Notes: a model not told the origin generated them from the sequence alone. 64,000 nucleotides of DNA from Gallionellaceae bacterium (GCA_037140475.1 JBAXEJ010000004.1:1599-65598), one strand, 5' to 3'; positions 51,488 to 60,510 are shown, numbered from the stretch's first letter. Program-made: numbers and translations.

Positions 51488-52402
51488 ATGGATAGCAATG
51501 CCGTAAAAAAATACCTGCTTGGACTGCAAGAACAGATTGTTCAAGGACTCGAAAAAATTGATGGCAAACCTTTTTTGCGCGACCCATGGACGCGTGCCAC
51601 CGGTAGCGGCGGCATCGGTAAAGGTGAAGGTATTAGCTGCATCATCGAGGAAGGTAATGTGTTGGAACGCGGCGGTGTCGCTTTCTCCCATGTGCAAGGC
51701 GACAAAATGCCTGCCTCGGCTACCGCGCATCGCCCAGAATTAGCCGGATGTAGCTGGGAAGCGATGGGGGTGTCATTGGTGATGCACCCGCGCAACCCCT
51801 ACGCGCCAACATCGCACGCCAACGTGCGCATGTTCATGGCACACAAACCGAGTGGCGAAAAAGTGTTTTGGTTTGGCGGTGGCATGGACCTCACGCCTTA
51901 TTACGGTTTTGAAGAAGACGCAAAACACTTCCACAAAGCTTGCAAAAATTCACTTGCGCCGTTTGATCCGTCCTTACATCCGAAATACAAAAAATGGTGC
52001 GATGAGTATTTCTTCTTGAAGCATCGCAACGAGCCGCGCGGTGTGGGCGGTATTTTCTTTGACGACTTGAGTGAGCCGAATTTCGAGACCGCATTCGCGA
52101 TTCAACAAAGTGTCGGTGACCATTACCTAAGCGCCTATGCACCGCTGTTGGAAAAACGCAAAGACACGCCTTACGGTGAGCGCGAGCGCGATTTCCAACT
52201 GTATCGTCGCGGACGTTATGTGGAATTCAATCTGGTGATCGACCGTGGCACCATCTTTGGCTTGCAATCGAATGGCCGCACCGAGTCTATTTTGCTTTCC
52301 ATGCCACCTCTGGTGAAATGGCGCTACGACTGGCATCCTGAAGCCGGCTCGCCAGAAGCCGATTTATACGATAAATTTTTAGTACCGCAAGATTGGGTTT
52401 AA
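51488..52402 (+). CDS. hemF: oxygen-dependent coproporphyrinogen III oxidase
   Basis: [12 protein letters not shown] and [10 protein letters not shown] motifs. Start set at ATG 51488 ([10 protein letters not shown]), downstream of the tsaC stop. Confidence 0.95.
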   Translation: MDSNAVKKYLLGLQEQIVQGLEKIDGKPFLRDPWTRATGSGGIGKGEGISCIIEEGNVLERGGVAFSHVQGDKMPASATAHRPELAGCSWEAMGVSLVMHPRNPYAPTSHANVRMFMAHKPSGEKVFWFGGGMDLTPYYGFEEDAKHFHKACKNSLAPFDPSLHPKYKKWCDEYFFLKHRNEPRGVGGIFFDDLSEPNFETAFAIQQSVGDHYLSAYAPLLEKRKDTPYGERERDFQLYRRGRYVEFNLVIDRGTIFGLQSNGRTESILLSMPPLVKWRYDWHPEAGSPEADLYDKFLVPQDWV

Positions 52403-52417
52403 CTTGGAAAGGTAGTC

Positions 52418-53038
52418 ATGTCTGGAAAAAACCATTGGGAAAACGTCTACACCAGCAAAGCATCCGATGCTGTGAGTTGGTTTCAGCCACATGCCGATTT
52501 ATCGCTCGATATCATTAAGGGCACAGGCGTTGAAAAAACGGCGAGCATCATTGATGTCGGCGGAGGTGCTTCTACTTTAGTCGATGATCTTCTCAATAAT
52601 GGATATCAAGACATCACCGTGCTCGATTTATCTGCCGCGGCATTAACAACCGCGCATCGTCGTTTAGGCAAGCAAGGTGACAATGTACAGTGGCTAGAAG
52701 CGGACATCACCAACATCGAGTTACCGGCTCAGCGTTACGACATCTGGCACGACCGCGCCGTATTTCACTTTTTGACCGACCCCGCGCAACGCGCGCGCTA
52801 CGTACAAAAAGTTTTGAACTCCGTCAAACTCGGCGGTCATGTCATTGTCGCCACCTTCGCTGAGGACGGTCCCTTGCAGTGCAGTGGATTGCCCGTCATG
52901 CGCTACAGCCCAGGTGAGCTGCATGATCAGTTTGGTGCGGCCTTTGTATTACTCAAGCATCAAAAAGAAGCACATCACACACCCTCCGGCGCGGTGCAGC
53001 AATTCACTTACTGTTACTGTCGACGCACACCTTCTTAA
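52418..53038 (+). CDS. class I SAM-dependent methyltransferase
   Basis: Motif I IIDVGGGASTLVDDLL. 206 aa. Confidence 0.75.
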   Translation: MSGKNHWENVYTSKASDAVSWFQPHADLSLDIIKGTGVEKTASIIDVGGGASTLVDDLLNNGYQDITVLDLSAAALTTAHRRLGKQGDNVQWLEADITNIELPAQRYDIWHDRAVFHFLTDPAQRARYVQKVLNSVKLGGHVIVATFAEDGPLQCSGLPVMRYSPGELHDQFGAAFVLLKHQKEAHHTPSGAVQQFTYCYCRRTPS

Positions 53039-53937
53039 AGCTTGTTGATGCCAACTAGTTTGGCATGCATCACTGCTTCGATGAGCGCCTCAATAGCCTG
53101 AGTGCGGGCAAAACTTTTGCGCCAAGCCAACGCAATTCGTCTTGAAGGAATCGGTTTCGCAAACGGAATGATTTTTATCAACTTACTCCGATAACGCGGA
53201 CTATTCGCCGAAGCCGGTAGCACGGTAATGCCTAAGCCCGAAGCGACCATGTTGCGGATCGTCTCCAATGAAGTGCCCTTCTGAATATCGGCTCCTTTGC
53301 GATTAAGATCAGGGCAAGCCTCTGCCACCTGATTACTGAAGCAATGACCCGAATCCAACAGCAGCACTTTCTCCTCGGATAACTCTTGAGCTTTAATACT
53401 GCGGCGATCCGCCCAGCCATGCTCTGCACTCACTACTACTTCAAAATCCTCGTCGTACAGTGCCTGTGTAAGAATGCTGGCATCGCCATACGGCAGCGCA
53501 ATCACGATCACGTCCAGCTTACCGTTACGCAACAGAATATCTAAATTCGCGGTGATATTTTCTTCCACCTCTAATGGCATCTCAGGCGCAACTTTTTTTA
53601 ATGCGGGAATAAGGTCTGGTAGCAAATAAGGACCAACGCTATGAATCACCCCAATACGCAATGGCGTGGTGAGTTGATTGCTACCTTGTTTAGCAATTTC
53701 GCGAATCCGTTCGGCTTCTTCTAAAACTCGCTGCGCCTGCTCAACAATCGCGCTGCCAACTGGTGTCACTGTAATTTCACTTTTGCCACGCTCAAAGATT
53801 TTTACGCCCAAATCTACTTCTAACTTCTGTATCGCCAATGAGAGTGCGGGTTGGCTAATAAAAGAGCGTTCTGCCGCACGGCGAAAATTACGCTCTTGCG
53901 CCACCGCCACAATAAAACGTAGTTCGTTGAGTGTCAT
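53035..53937 (-). CDS. oxyR: LysR-family peroxide-sensing regulator OxyR
   Basis: N-terminal HTH (LRFIVAVAQERNFRRAAE…SQPALS). Redox Cys context LLDSGHCFSNQ resembles the OxyR C199 region. Divergent from a peroxide-defence operon. Confidence 0.85.
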   Translation of the reverse strand: MTLNELRFIVAVAQERNFRRAAERSFISQPALSLAIQKLEVDLGVKIFERGKSEITVTPVGSAIVEQAQRVLEEAERIREIAKQGSNQLTTPLRIGVIHSVGPYLLPDLIPALKKVAPEMPLEVEENITANLDILLRNGKLDVIVIALPYGDASILTQALYDEDFEVVVSAEHGWADRRSIKAQELSEEKVLLLDSGHCFSNQVAEACPDLNRKGADIQKGTSLETIRNMVASGLGITVLPASANSPRYRSKLIKIIPFAKPIPSRRIALAWRKSFARTQAIEALIEAVMHAKLVGINKL

Positions 53938-53950
53938 TTCAATCTCCTTA

Positions 53951-53971
53951 GTGATTTGGATACTAAATCAC
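53951..53971. promoter_or_regulatory. 7-bp inverted repeat in the oxyR/erythrin divergent promoter (candidate LysR operator)
   Basis: gtgattt-N7-aaatcac lies 14 nt from the oxyR start, within the 132-bp divergent intergenic region. Confidence 0.3.
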
Positions 53972-54069
53972 CTTAGTTAAAACAATCAATTAGATTTATG
54001 GATGCTACCTGTCTAAAGTGCAGGCCATGGACAGACACCACCGTTTGTTTAACTCAAAGGAGACTCAAC

Positions 54070-54537
54070 ATGAACCGACCCGAAATTAAAACGATGGCTA
54101 ACTTAGAGGCAGCTTTTGCTGGCGAATCAATGGCGCATACCAAATATCGTTACTTTGCCAAAATCGCTCGCGCCGAAGGCCACGAAGAAGTTGCGCGCGT
54201 GTTTGAAGAAACTGCAGCACAAGAAGTGCAACACGCATTAGGGCATCTTGACTTGCTTTACCCCAGAGCTGAAATGAATACTGCACGCTGCCTACAAATG
54301 GCAATTGAAGGTGAGACATACGAATACACTGAGATGTATCCTAGCTTCCTAAAAACAGCTAAGCAGGAAGGTGATACGGCAGCTGCCACAGAAATTTCAG
54401 CACAGATTGCAGAATCAAAAGAGCATGCTGAAATGTTTAAAGCAACTTTGGAAAAAGCCGCAAAACGTTTCGCAGCGCTCGCTAAAGTTGAAGAGCGTCA
54501 CGCGAATCAATACCGCGCAGTTTTAGCAAAAATTTAA
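54070..54537 (+). CDS. rubrerythrin-family diiron protein lacking the rubredoxin-like domain (erythrin-type)
   Basis: Ferritin-like four-helix pattern with E…ExxH twice (AGESMA, EVQHA, EGETYE, SKEHAE). No CxxC pair. Start set at ATG 54070 (AAGGAG upstream). Confidence 0.85.
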   Translation: MNRPEIKTMANLEAAFAGESMAHTKYRYFAKIARAEGHEEVARVFEETAAQEVQHALGHLDLLYPRAEMNTARCLQMAIEGETYEYTEMYPSFLKTAKQEGDTAAATEISAQIAESKEHAEMFKATLEKAAKRFAALAKVEERHANQYRAVLAKI

Positions 54538-54560
54538 TTTTCAATTTTAAGGAGAACATC

Positions 54561-54725
54561 ATGAAAGTTTGGCAATGTGTAGTATGTGGTTTCATTTATG
54601 ACGAAGCAGTGGGCTTACCGGCTGAAGGTCTCAAAGCAGGTACCGCTTGGAAAGACATCCCTGAAGATTGGGCATGCCCTGATTGCGGCGTATCAAAAGC
54701 CGATTTTGAGATGGTTGAAATTTAA
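54561..54725 (+). CDS. rubredoxin (54 aa; not in the supplied ORF track)
   Basis: Hand translation gives [54 protein letters not shown], with two CxxCG knuckles. AAGGAG lies 7 nt upstream. Confidence 0.85.
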   Translation: MKVWQCVVCGFIYDEAVGLPAEGLKAGTAWKDIPEDWACPDCGVSKADFEMVEI

Positions 54726-54747
54726 ACCTCTTGTAAAGGAGAGCATC

Positions 54748-55245
54748 ATGAGCAAAGCGAAAAACAATAAGTCCGCTTCGATCAATATCGGGATCTCTGA
54801 AAAAGATCGTAGCAAGATTGCGGATGGGCTGTCGCGCATGTTGGCGGATAGCTATACCTTGTATCTTAAAACGCATAATTTTCACTGGAACGTGACTGGG
54901 CCAATGTTTCAAACTTTGCACCTGATGTTTATGACGCAGTACAACGAAACTTGGTTAGCGGTCGATTCACTGGCTGAACGTATCCGCGCATTGGGTCATC
55001 CTGCACCCGGCAGTTATGAACAATTCGCCGCACTCACTTCAATTAAAGATAGTGATGGGGTACCCAATGCGAAGGAAATGATTCGGCAGTTAGTGGAAGC
55101 ACAGGAAACCGTCGTGCGCACTGCCCGCGAGGTTTTTGTTATTGCAGAAAAAGCGGGCGATCAACCGACCGCTGATCTGCTCACACAACGCATGACCGTG
55201 CATGAGCAAAATGCGTGGATGTTACGCAGCTTGCTAGAAGACTAA
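54748..55245 (+). CDS. dps: Dps (DNA-binding ferritin-like protein)
   Basis: LYLKTHNFHWNVTGP.F..LH..F motif. Start set at ATG 54748 (AAGGAGAG upstream); the track ORF start lies inside the rubredoxin gene. Confidence 0.92.
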   Translation: MSKAKNNKSASINIGISEKDRSKIADGLSRMLADSYTLYLKTHNFHWNVTGPMFQTLHLMFMTQYNETWLAVDSLAERIRALGHPAPGSYEQFAALTSIKDSDGVPNAKEMIRQLVEAQETVVRTAREVFVIAEKAGDQPTADLLTQRMTVHEQNAWMLRSLLED

Positions 55246-55256
55246 GGAGAGTAATC

Positions 55257-56393
55257 GTGAAACCCATCGTGATTGTCGGCAGCGGCATAGCGGCTTACAC
55301 CGTCATCCGTGAACTACGAAAAATTAATCGTGACTTACCTATCACCTTGGTTTCTCGTGACAGCGGCGATAGCTACTCAAAGCCCATGCTATCGAATGCC
55401 TTTGCACAGAAGAAAGATATAAGCAATTTGGTGCAAACATCGGCGACGGGAATGGCAAAGCAGCTGGACTTTAATCTGCTTGCGAATACTGAGGTGCGCG
55501 CCATTGATCGTGAGCGCAAGCAATTAGATACCGCCTCGGGCGTTGTTGAATACGAAAAATTAGTCTTGGCAGTCGGTGCTGATCCCATTCGCATTCCATT
55601 ACAAGGCGGTGCTGCGGATGCTGTTTTATCAGTGAATAATTTGACCGATTACGCAGTGTTTCGCGAACAACTTACAAACGCAAAGTCAGTTGCCATCATG
55701 GGTGGAGGGCTCATCGGATGCGAGTTTGCCAATGACCTCGCCACAGCAGGCTACGCCGTAACTGTGATTGACCCAAGCGCCTACCCGCTGGCCAGCCTAA
55801 TGCCTGAACAAGCAGGAAAGCAGCTGCTCGCACCACTCGAAAAAATCGGCGTCACTTGGCATTTTGGCACCTCGGTCCAAAGCATGAACAAAGCGGGATC
55901 TGGCTTCACGCTGACACTCGCCAATAGCACTAGCTTGCAAGCCGATCTCGTGCTCTCTGCAGTCGGTCTGCGCCCACGCATTCAATTAGCAAGCAATGCA
56001 GGTTTGGCCGTTAATCGCGGCATCGTTGTGGATGCCTCGCTGCGCACAAATGATGCTTCGATTTTTGCACTGGGTGATTGTGCCGAGATTGAAGGCAAGG
56101 TTTTGCCTTATATTTTGCCGATCATGAATGCGGCGAGAGCACTGGCTAAAGTCCTCAATGGAGAAGATGCAAAGGTTATTTTTCCCGCCATGCCAGTGGT
56201 GGTTAAAACACCTGCACATCCCGTTGCCTTGTCACCTGTGGCGCGTGATGCCGTCGGTATATGGCAACTCTTGGCATCCGGCGATGGAGTGAAAATGGGG
56301 TTTTTTGATCAAGCGCAAAACATGCTTGGCTTTGCACTCACTGGCGAATTTGCTAGCGAGCGTTCAGAGATGGCGCAAAAACTGGTTATTTGA
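55257..56393 (+). CDS. FAD-dependent rubredoxin-NAD(+) reductase-type oxidoreductase
   Basis: [12 protein letters not shown] (FAD) and [17 protein letters not shown] (NADH) dinucleotide motifs, and GDCAE. GTG start at 55257 with AAGGAGA upstream. Confidence 0.8.
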   Translation: MKPIVIVGSGIAAYTVIRELRKINRDLPITLVSRDSGDSYSKPMLSNAFAQKKDISNLVQTSATGMAKQLDFNLLANTEVRAIDRERKQLDTASGVVEYEKLVLAVGADPIRIPLQGGAADAVLSVNNLTDYAVFREQLTNAKSVAIMGGGLIGCEFANDLATAGYAVTVIDPSAYPLASLMPEQAGKQLLAPLEKIGVTWHFGTSVQSMNKAGSGFTLTLANSTSLQADLVLSAVGLRPRIQLASNAGLAVNRGIVVDASLRTNDASIFALGDCAEIEGKVLPYILPIMNAARALAKVLNGEDAKVIFPAMPVVVKTPAHPVALSPVARDAVGIWQLLASGDGVKMGFFDQAQNMLGFALTGEFASERSEMAQKLVI

Positions 56394-57249
56394 TGAGGTA
56401 GTCAAGGGCGATGCCCGCAAACACCGCAGCACCTATCCAGTTGTTATGCAAAAAAGCCGCGAAGCATTTTTCGCGGCTTCTTTCTTTAATCAAGCCATAG
56501 TGATAAAACGCGATGCCCTCGGCAACGATCAACCCCGCAAAGAATGCCACTCCTAGTCCGGTCATGAGTCCTGCCACTGCAAGCAAAGTCAGTGTAATGC
56601 CGTAACAAACCATCACCGCAATCACGTCGTATTTTCCAAAAAACAATGCCGAGGAATGAATGCCGAGATGAATATCATCATCACGATCGACCATCGCATA
56701 TTCAGTGTCGTAAGCAATCGCCCAAAATACGTTTGCCAGCAACAACACCCAAGCCACTGTCGGCACATCCCCTAGCGTTGCGGCAAACGCCATCGGAATG
56801 CCAAAGCCAAAGGCAATCCCCAAATAAGCCTGAGGAATGGCAAAAAAACGCTTGGTAAACGGATAGCTTGCTGCAAGAAATACCGCAGGAATTGACAGCA
56901 ACAGGGTCAAACGATTCAAAGGAAGTATTAATAGAAAGGCAATGAGCGACAAACCCGCAGCCAACAATAACGCTTCGCGCGTACTCACCTTGCCGCTGGT
57001 GAGCGGCCTGTCTTTAGTACGTTTCACATGCTTATCAATATCGCGGTCTGCATAGTCGTTAATCACGCACCCAGCAGAGCGCATCAGCACCGTCCCCAAA
57101 GTAAAGATAAGCAAGATTAACCAATTGGGATGTCCTGCGCTCGCAATCCATAGCCCCCACAGCGTGGGCCAGAGCAACAGCAAAATACCAATAGGACGAT
57201 GCAGGCGGGCGAGTTGAAAGTAGAGATGTAAACGTTCAGTGAGATTCAT
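56386..57249 (-). CDS. ubiA: 4-hydroxybenzoate polyprenyltransferase
   Basis: UbiA prenyltransferase motifs NDYADRDID and [13 protein letters not shown]. Polytopic. Confidence 0.93.
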   Translation of the reverse strand: MNLTERLHLYFQLARLHRPIGILLLLWPTLWGLWIASAGHPNWLILLIFTLGTVLMRSAGCVINDYADRDIDKHVKRTKDRPLTSGKVSTREALLLAAGLSLIAFLLILPLNRLTLLLSIPAVFLAASYPFTKRFFAIPQAYLGIAFGFGIPMAFAATLGDVPTVAWVLLLANVFWAIAYDTEYAMVDRDDDIHLGIHSSALFFGKYDVIAVMVCYGITLTLLAVAGLMTGLGVAFFAGLIVAEGIAFYHYGLIKERSREKCFAAFLHNNWIGAAVFAGIALDYLIK

Positions 57250-57306
57250 GAGCTGATTTTAACTCAGCTCGAGCTGTAAACTGCACATACAAACTAAGGC
57301 AAAAGC

Positions 57307-57669
57307 TTAAACATAAAACTTGGAATCCTTACGTTTTCCCGGCTTGGCTTTTTGTATCACCACCCCTTTGACTACCTCAACACCTGGCACGTCTTCACTC
57401 GGAAAATTTTCATTCAGTGCCACCAGCGAGTGGCGTCCATCCTGAATGCGCATTTGCCGCATGGTGTATTCCCCGTTATGAAAAGCCACCACAAAAGAAC
57501 CGTCTTTCACCAAGCCATCCGGCTCAACAATAATGACGTCGCCCTCGACAAATTCCGGCATCATCGACTCGCCATGCACCATCAGAGCATAAGCCTCGCC
57601 ACTACTGCATGAATCGCCCTCGCTGATCTCTTCAGCCGGCATGATGGGTATGATTTTATGTGTGCTCAT
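57307..57669 (-). CDS. S24 (LexA/UmuD-like) peptidase-domain-only protein
   Basis: VHGESMMPEF.EGDVIIVEP block equals the S24 Ser motif. No HTH domain. The position equivalent to the catalytic Lys appears to be Arg (see findings). Confidence 0.7.
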   Translation of the reverse strand: MSTHKIIPIMPAEEISEGDSCSSGEAYALMVHGESMMPEFVEGDVIIVEPDGLVKDGSFVVAFHNGEYTMRQMRIQDGRHSLVALNENFPSEDVPGVEVVKGVVIQKAKPGKRKDSKFYV

Positions 57670-57699
57670 TTAATCGCTTTCGTTTTTGATATTTTTAAC

Positions 57700-58095
57700 T
57701 TAGCCAGCTACTTGAATAATCTGATTCAATCGCTCACAAACCTCGGCAAATTTAGCATCACTCAGTGCTTTAAGTGGATGCATTTTTGCCTTGCGCAAGC
57801 GCCAGTCAAAAGACTTAGGCTGATGGCACAACACAAAACTAATTTGCCCTGCTTTACGACCCGATGCTTTTCCTACGGCCACTGCAAAAGGGTTATCTGA
57901 GTTGTATTCCGCAGTCGTCATAGGCAGACCAATCACCAGAGAGGTCTTCTCATTAAATACACGCGGTGACAACACCAAAAAAGGATGCACATCGCGCATC
58001 TCTCGCCCTACCTGTGGATTGCAATCAATCCAGATAATCTCTTGCCGGTCTGGCACCCAGCGTTTTGTCGGCGCAGTTTTGGATGCGACTACCAA
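57700..58095 (-). CDS. mazF: MazF/PemK-family type II toxin (mRNA interferase)
   Basis: WVPDRQEIIWIDCNPQVGREM…RPFLVLSP…VIGLPMTT pattern. 7-nt overlap with the upstream antitoxin gene. Confidence 0.85.
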   Translation of the reverse strand: MVVASKTAPTKRWVPDRQEIIWIDCNPQVGREMRDVHPFLVLSPRVFNEKTSLVIGLPMTTAEYNSDNPFAVAVGKASGRKAGQISFVLCHQPKSFDWRLRKAKMHPLKALSDAKFAEVCERLNQIIQVAG

Positions 58096-58343
58096 CGCTC
58101 TGCTCCCAAATTTTGCGTGGTCGTCATTTGCTCACCGCCATGCCGTTTTACATCGTAAGCAGCCACTCGCTGCTCTAGTGTTAAACGAGAAACGTCTAGC
58201 GGCTTAATGACAACTTGCTCGCCCTCCACCGAAATGCGCACCCGTTGATCTGCATGGAGATGAGCCGCCCGCGCAACCGCTGCGGGCAAACGCACCCCTA
58301 AACTGTTCCCCCACTGCTTAATATCAAGCTCAGCTTCTGACAT
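58089..58343 (-). CDS. mazE: MazE/AbrB/SpoVT-family antitoxin
   Basis: IKQWGNSLGVRLPAAV swapped-hairpin motif. Start set at ATG 58343 (GGAGAAG upstream). Confidence 0.8.
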   Translation of the reverse strand: MSEAELDIKQWGNSLGVRLPAAVARAAHLHADQRVRISVEGEQVVIKPLDVSRLTLEQRVAAYDVKRHGGEQMTTTQNLGAERW

Positions 58344-58358
58344 AACTTCTCCAAAAAA

Positions 58359-58382
58359 ATGTATAGACGTGAGTCTATACAT
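58359..58382. promoter_or_regulatory. perfect 10-bp inverted repeat upstream of mazE (operator and/or terminator of the upstream gene)
   Basis: atgtatagac-gtga-gtctatacat. On the minus strand it is followed by TTTTTTT, then the mazE SD and ATG. Confidence 0.5.
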
Positions 58383-58406
58383 TAAAAGAGATCGGGGCAA
58401 ATAAGA

Positions 58407-59993
58407 TTAAAATGCAGTTGTAAGTCGAATCCCCGTCAACGTTGAAGCCTGTTCTGCACCACTTACCTGACGCGCATTAAATGAAACACTCTGCCCCTTG
58501 CCTATTGCGCTAACTAAATCTAAGTTTACGGTTTGTTTTATCTCGAACGCAGAGGAGGTCGATTGCGTAATCTGTATTGTATAAGCTGTTTTATCAGTCA
58601 ATTGCTTGTATAAATTTAACCTCATTTCGATTTGTGCAAGTGAGGAGCTACCTGAGTCTTGGCTTGAAAAAACAACGGCCCCCAAAGGTAGTGCCGAAAT
58701 AACATGGCTACCGATGAAATAACTAACGCCTCGACCAAACGTTAATTTATTTTCAGCATAGTTTTTATTTAAATGCATGCGGTAATTCGTATAGGACATA
58801 TCGAACGCCTGCGTGAAACCTTCTCTCAAATACTCACTGGGTTGATTCGATTCAATGTTTATTAATTGAAACTGATTTAAGCTAACGCGCCCTGCACCTT
58901 CAATCATTAAAACTGTTTTTAACACCTGCACCGTGGCATTTTTTTGATCGAAAAACGCTTCGTTATCAAGATTAATAAAGCCAGGGCTAATTGATACGAG
59001 AGCCGCATTTTTTTGTGGCAGCCATTGCGCCGACAATAACCCTGCACTGGGTGAACGCGCAGGATCTTTTGCTTTCATCTCGGTGTGAGCCGCGCTAATT
59101 GGAAATTCTCGTTTTAATGCAAATAAAAAATTACGCCTGTTCGCATCCCCCTCACTTGGAATTAAATGCTCTGCTATGACAGAAATCGCATTTTTATTCG
59201 CCCCATCAGATAAATTTTGTGTAGGTGAATATTTAAAATAATTTTCGATGATTTGTTGCTGAGAAGGGGAAAGCGCATCATATTCTAACGTGGCACGAAG
59301 CTGAGTTGATGGCAAATAGGTCGCCGATACAATCATATTTGCTGCCTGTGTCCAGCGTAGCGTGTTCACCGGAGAAACGAAAATTTCTCTGCCAAACCTT
59401 AGCTCTTTACCTGATTTCTCTAGCGCCTTAGCAATATAAAAAGCACAGTTTTTCTGACTAAAATCGTAGAGGTATTTTTCACGCTCAGATTGAAGCAAAA
59501 ACTGTTTTAGTTGATGCAACCTTTCTTCGTTAAAACTTAATCGATACAACCAGAGGCTACGATTTTCGCCATCGTACTCACGTCTTTTTTCTGCTAAATA
59601 ATTAAGCGAATACTTTCCCGGCACTGACAAAAACAAGGCTGACAATGATGACGATAAGTCGGGGGCCTCACCTGTAAATTCAACCAACAGTGAATTCGCT
59701 TCGGGAGCTTCCTCATTGTGAAAGACGAGAAAGGTATGTCCAAAAATTGAAATGGCACTTCGTAAATTTTGCGAGGCAAAGCCTAAGCTCACTTTTGAAT
59801 AATTATTTAATTCAGAAAATATCGGATTTCTGCCCCACTCGGCATACCCCGCCACTGAGTACATCAATAGCAATACAGTTGCGCATCGGCATAAAACTCG
59901 ACTCACTGATTTTCTAAACTGAGGCTGACTTTGCAAGCAAAATTTTCTAAAGTAGGGCTTCGGATTGCGAGTGCAGGAATGCCCGCTAGCCAC
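58407..59993 (-). CDS. DUF4105 (Lnb N-terminal-like) protein, probable outer-membrane/periplasmic protein
   Basis: FGHTFLVF…Y.F..KNCAFYIAK pattern of DUF4105. C-terminus ends …RLTTAF (OMP-like terminal Phe). The true start is probably downstream, e.g. GTG about 59906, which gives signal peptide SRVLCRCATVLLLMYSVAGYA. Confidence 0.7.
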   Translation of the reverse strand: MASGHSCTRNPKPYFRKFCLQSQPQFRKSVSRVLCRCATVLLLMYSVAGYAEWGRNPIFSELNNYSKVSLGFASQNLRSAISIFGHTFLVFHNEEAPEANSLLVEFTGEAPDLSSSLSALFLSVPGKYSLNYLAEKRREYDGENRSLWLYRLSFNEERLHQLKQFLLQSEREKYLYDFSQKNCAFYIAKALEKSGKELRFGREIFVSPVNTLRWTQAANMIVSATYLPSTQLRATLEYDALSPSQQQIIENYFKYSPTQNLSDGANKNAISVIAEHLIPSEGDANRRNFLFALKREFPISAAHTEMKAKDPARSPSAGLLSAQWLPQKNAALVSISPGFINLDNEAFFDQKNATVQVLKTVLMIEGAGRVSLNQFQLINIESNQPSEYLREGFTQAFDMSYTNYRMHLNKNYAENKLTFGRGVSYFIGSHVISALPLGAVVFSSQDSGSSSLAQIEMRLNLYKQLTDKTAYTIQITQSTSSAFEIKQTVNLDLVSAIGKGQSVSFNARQVSGAEQASTLTGIRLTTAF

Positions 59994-60048
59994 TGCGTGT
60001 AACTTAAATTTATTTTCGAAAAATTTTTATAGAGGCTTCGGGTGACCC

Positions 60049-60122
60049 ACCCTCCGCCTTCTGACGCCTCGCGTAATATTGCCGAGGCATGCAGAAGGGC
60101 TAATGAATTAGCATTCGGAGGG
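60049..60122. other. about 73-nt all-Watson-Crick three-way-junction element (candidate structured RNA or REP)
   Basis: Nested stems ccctccg/cggaggg, ccttctg/cagaagg and gcctcg/cgaggc, plus side hairpin gctaa-tgaa-ttagc. Located between the PEGA gene stop and the DUF4105 gene. Strand undetermined. Confidence 0.4.
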
Positions 60123-60138
60123 CAGTACTCCTCTAGTT

Positions 60139-60510
60139 TTACTTTTTTGTCATATCAACTTGAATAGTTGAAGGGGCATATTTATACATTGCTCCACTCA
60201 CCCCATCTGTTGTCGATCCGATACCTCCGCCACAAAGAATGTTGCCCCAAAAAATCGGCTCAAATGAGGTATCCATCGTAATGATTTTAGTTTCAAAACC
60301 TTCCTTGCTAACCTGAACAAGCGCTTTGCTAGCGCGTTCAATTTCACCCGTGAACGGAGTTTTACCTACTGGTTTTCCGTTTACGGTGACGTCTGCTTCA
60401 GTAACATTTGAGTTAATCGTAACAACTTGTTTTTTACCATTCACAATGGTCGAACATCCTGTAGCAGACAAAAGTACAAGTGTAGAAACTGCAATAAGCA
60501 AGGCTTTCAT
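60139..60510 (-). CDS. PEGA-domain lipoprotein
   Basis: Lipobox LLSATG-C. PEGA-like VTEADVTVNGKPVGKTPF. Confidence 0.7.
   Translation of the reverse strand: MKALLIAVSTLVLLSATGCSTIVNGKKQVVTINSNVTEADVTVNGKPVGKTPFTGEIERASKALVQVSKEGFETKIITMDTSFEPIFWGNILCGGGIGSTTDGVSGAMYKYAPSTIQVDMTKK

Noticed and set aside
60049-60122. Possibility that the 73-nt structured element is a tRNA, given its 7-bp closing stem and tRNA-like length
   Set aside because: It has only three helices off the closing stem rather than a cloverleaf. There is no D or T-loop consensus (no GTTCRANYC) and no 2-nt spacer after the acceptor-like stem.
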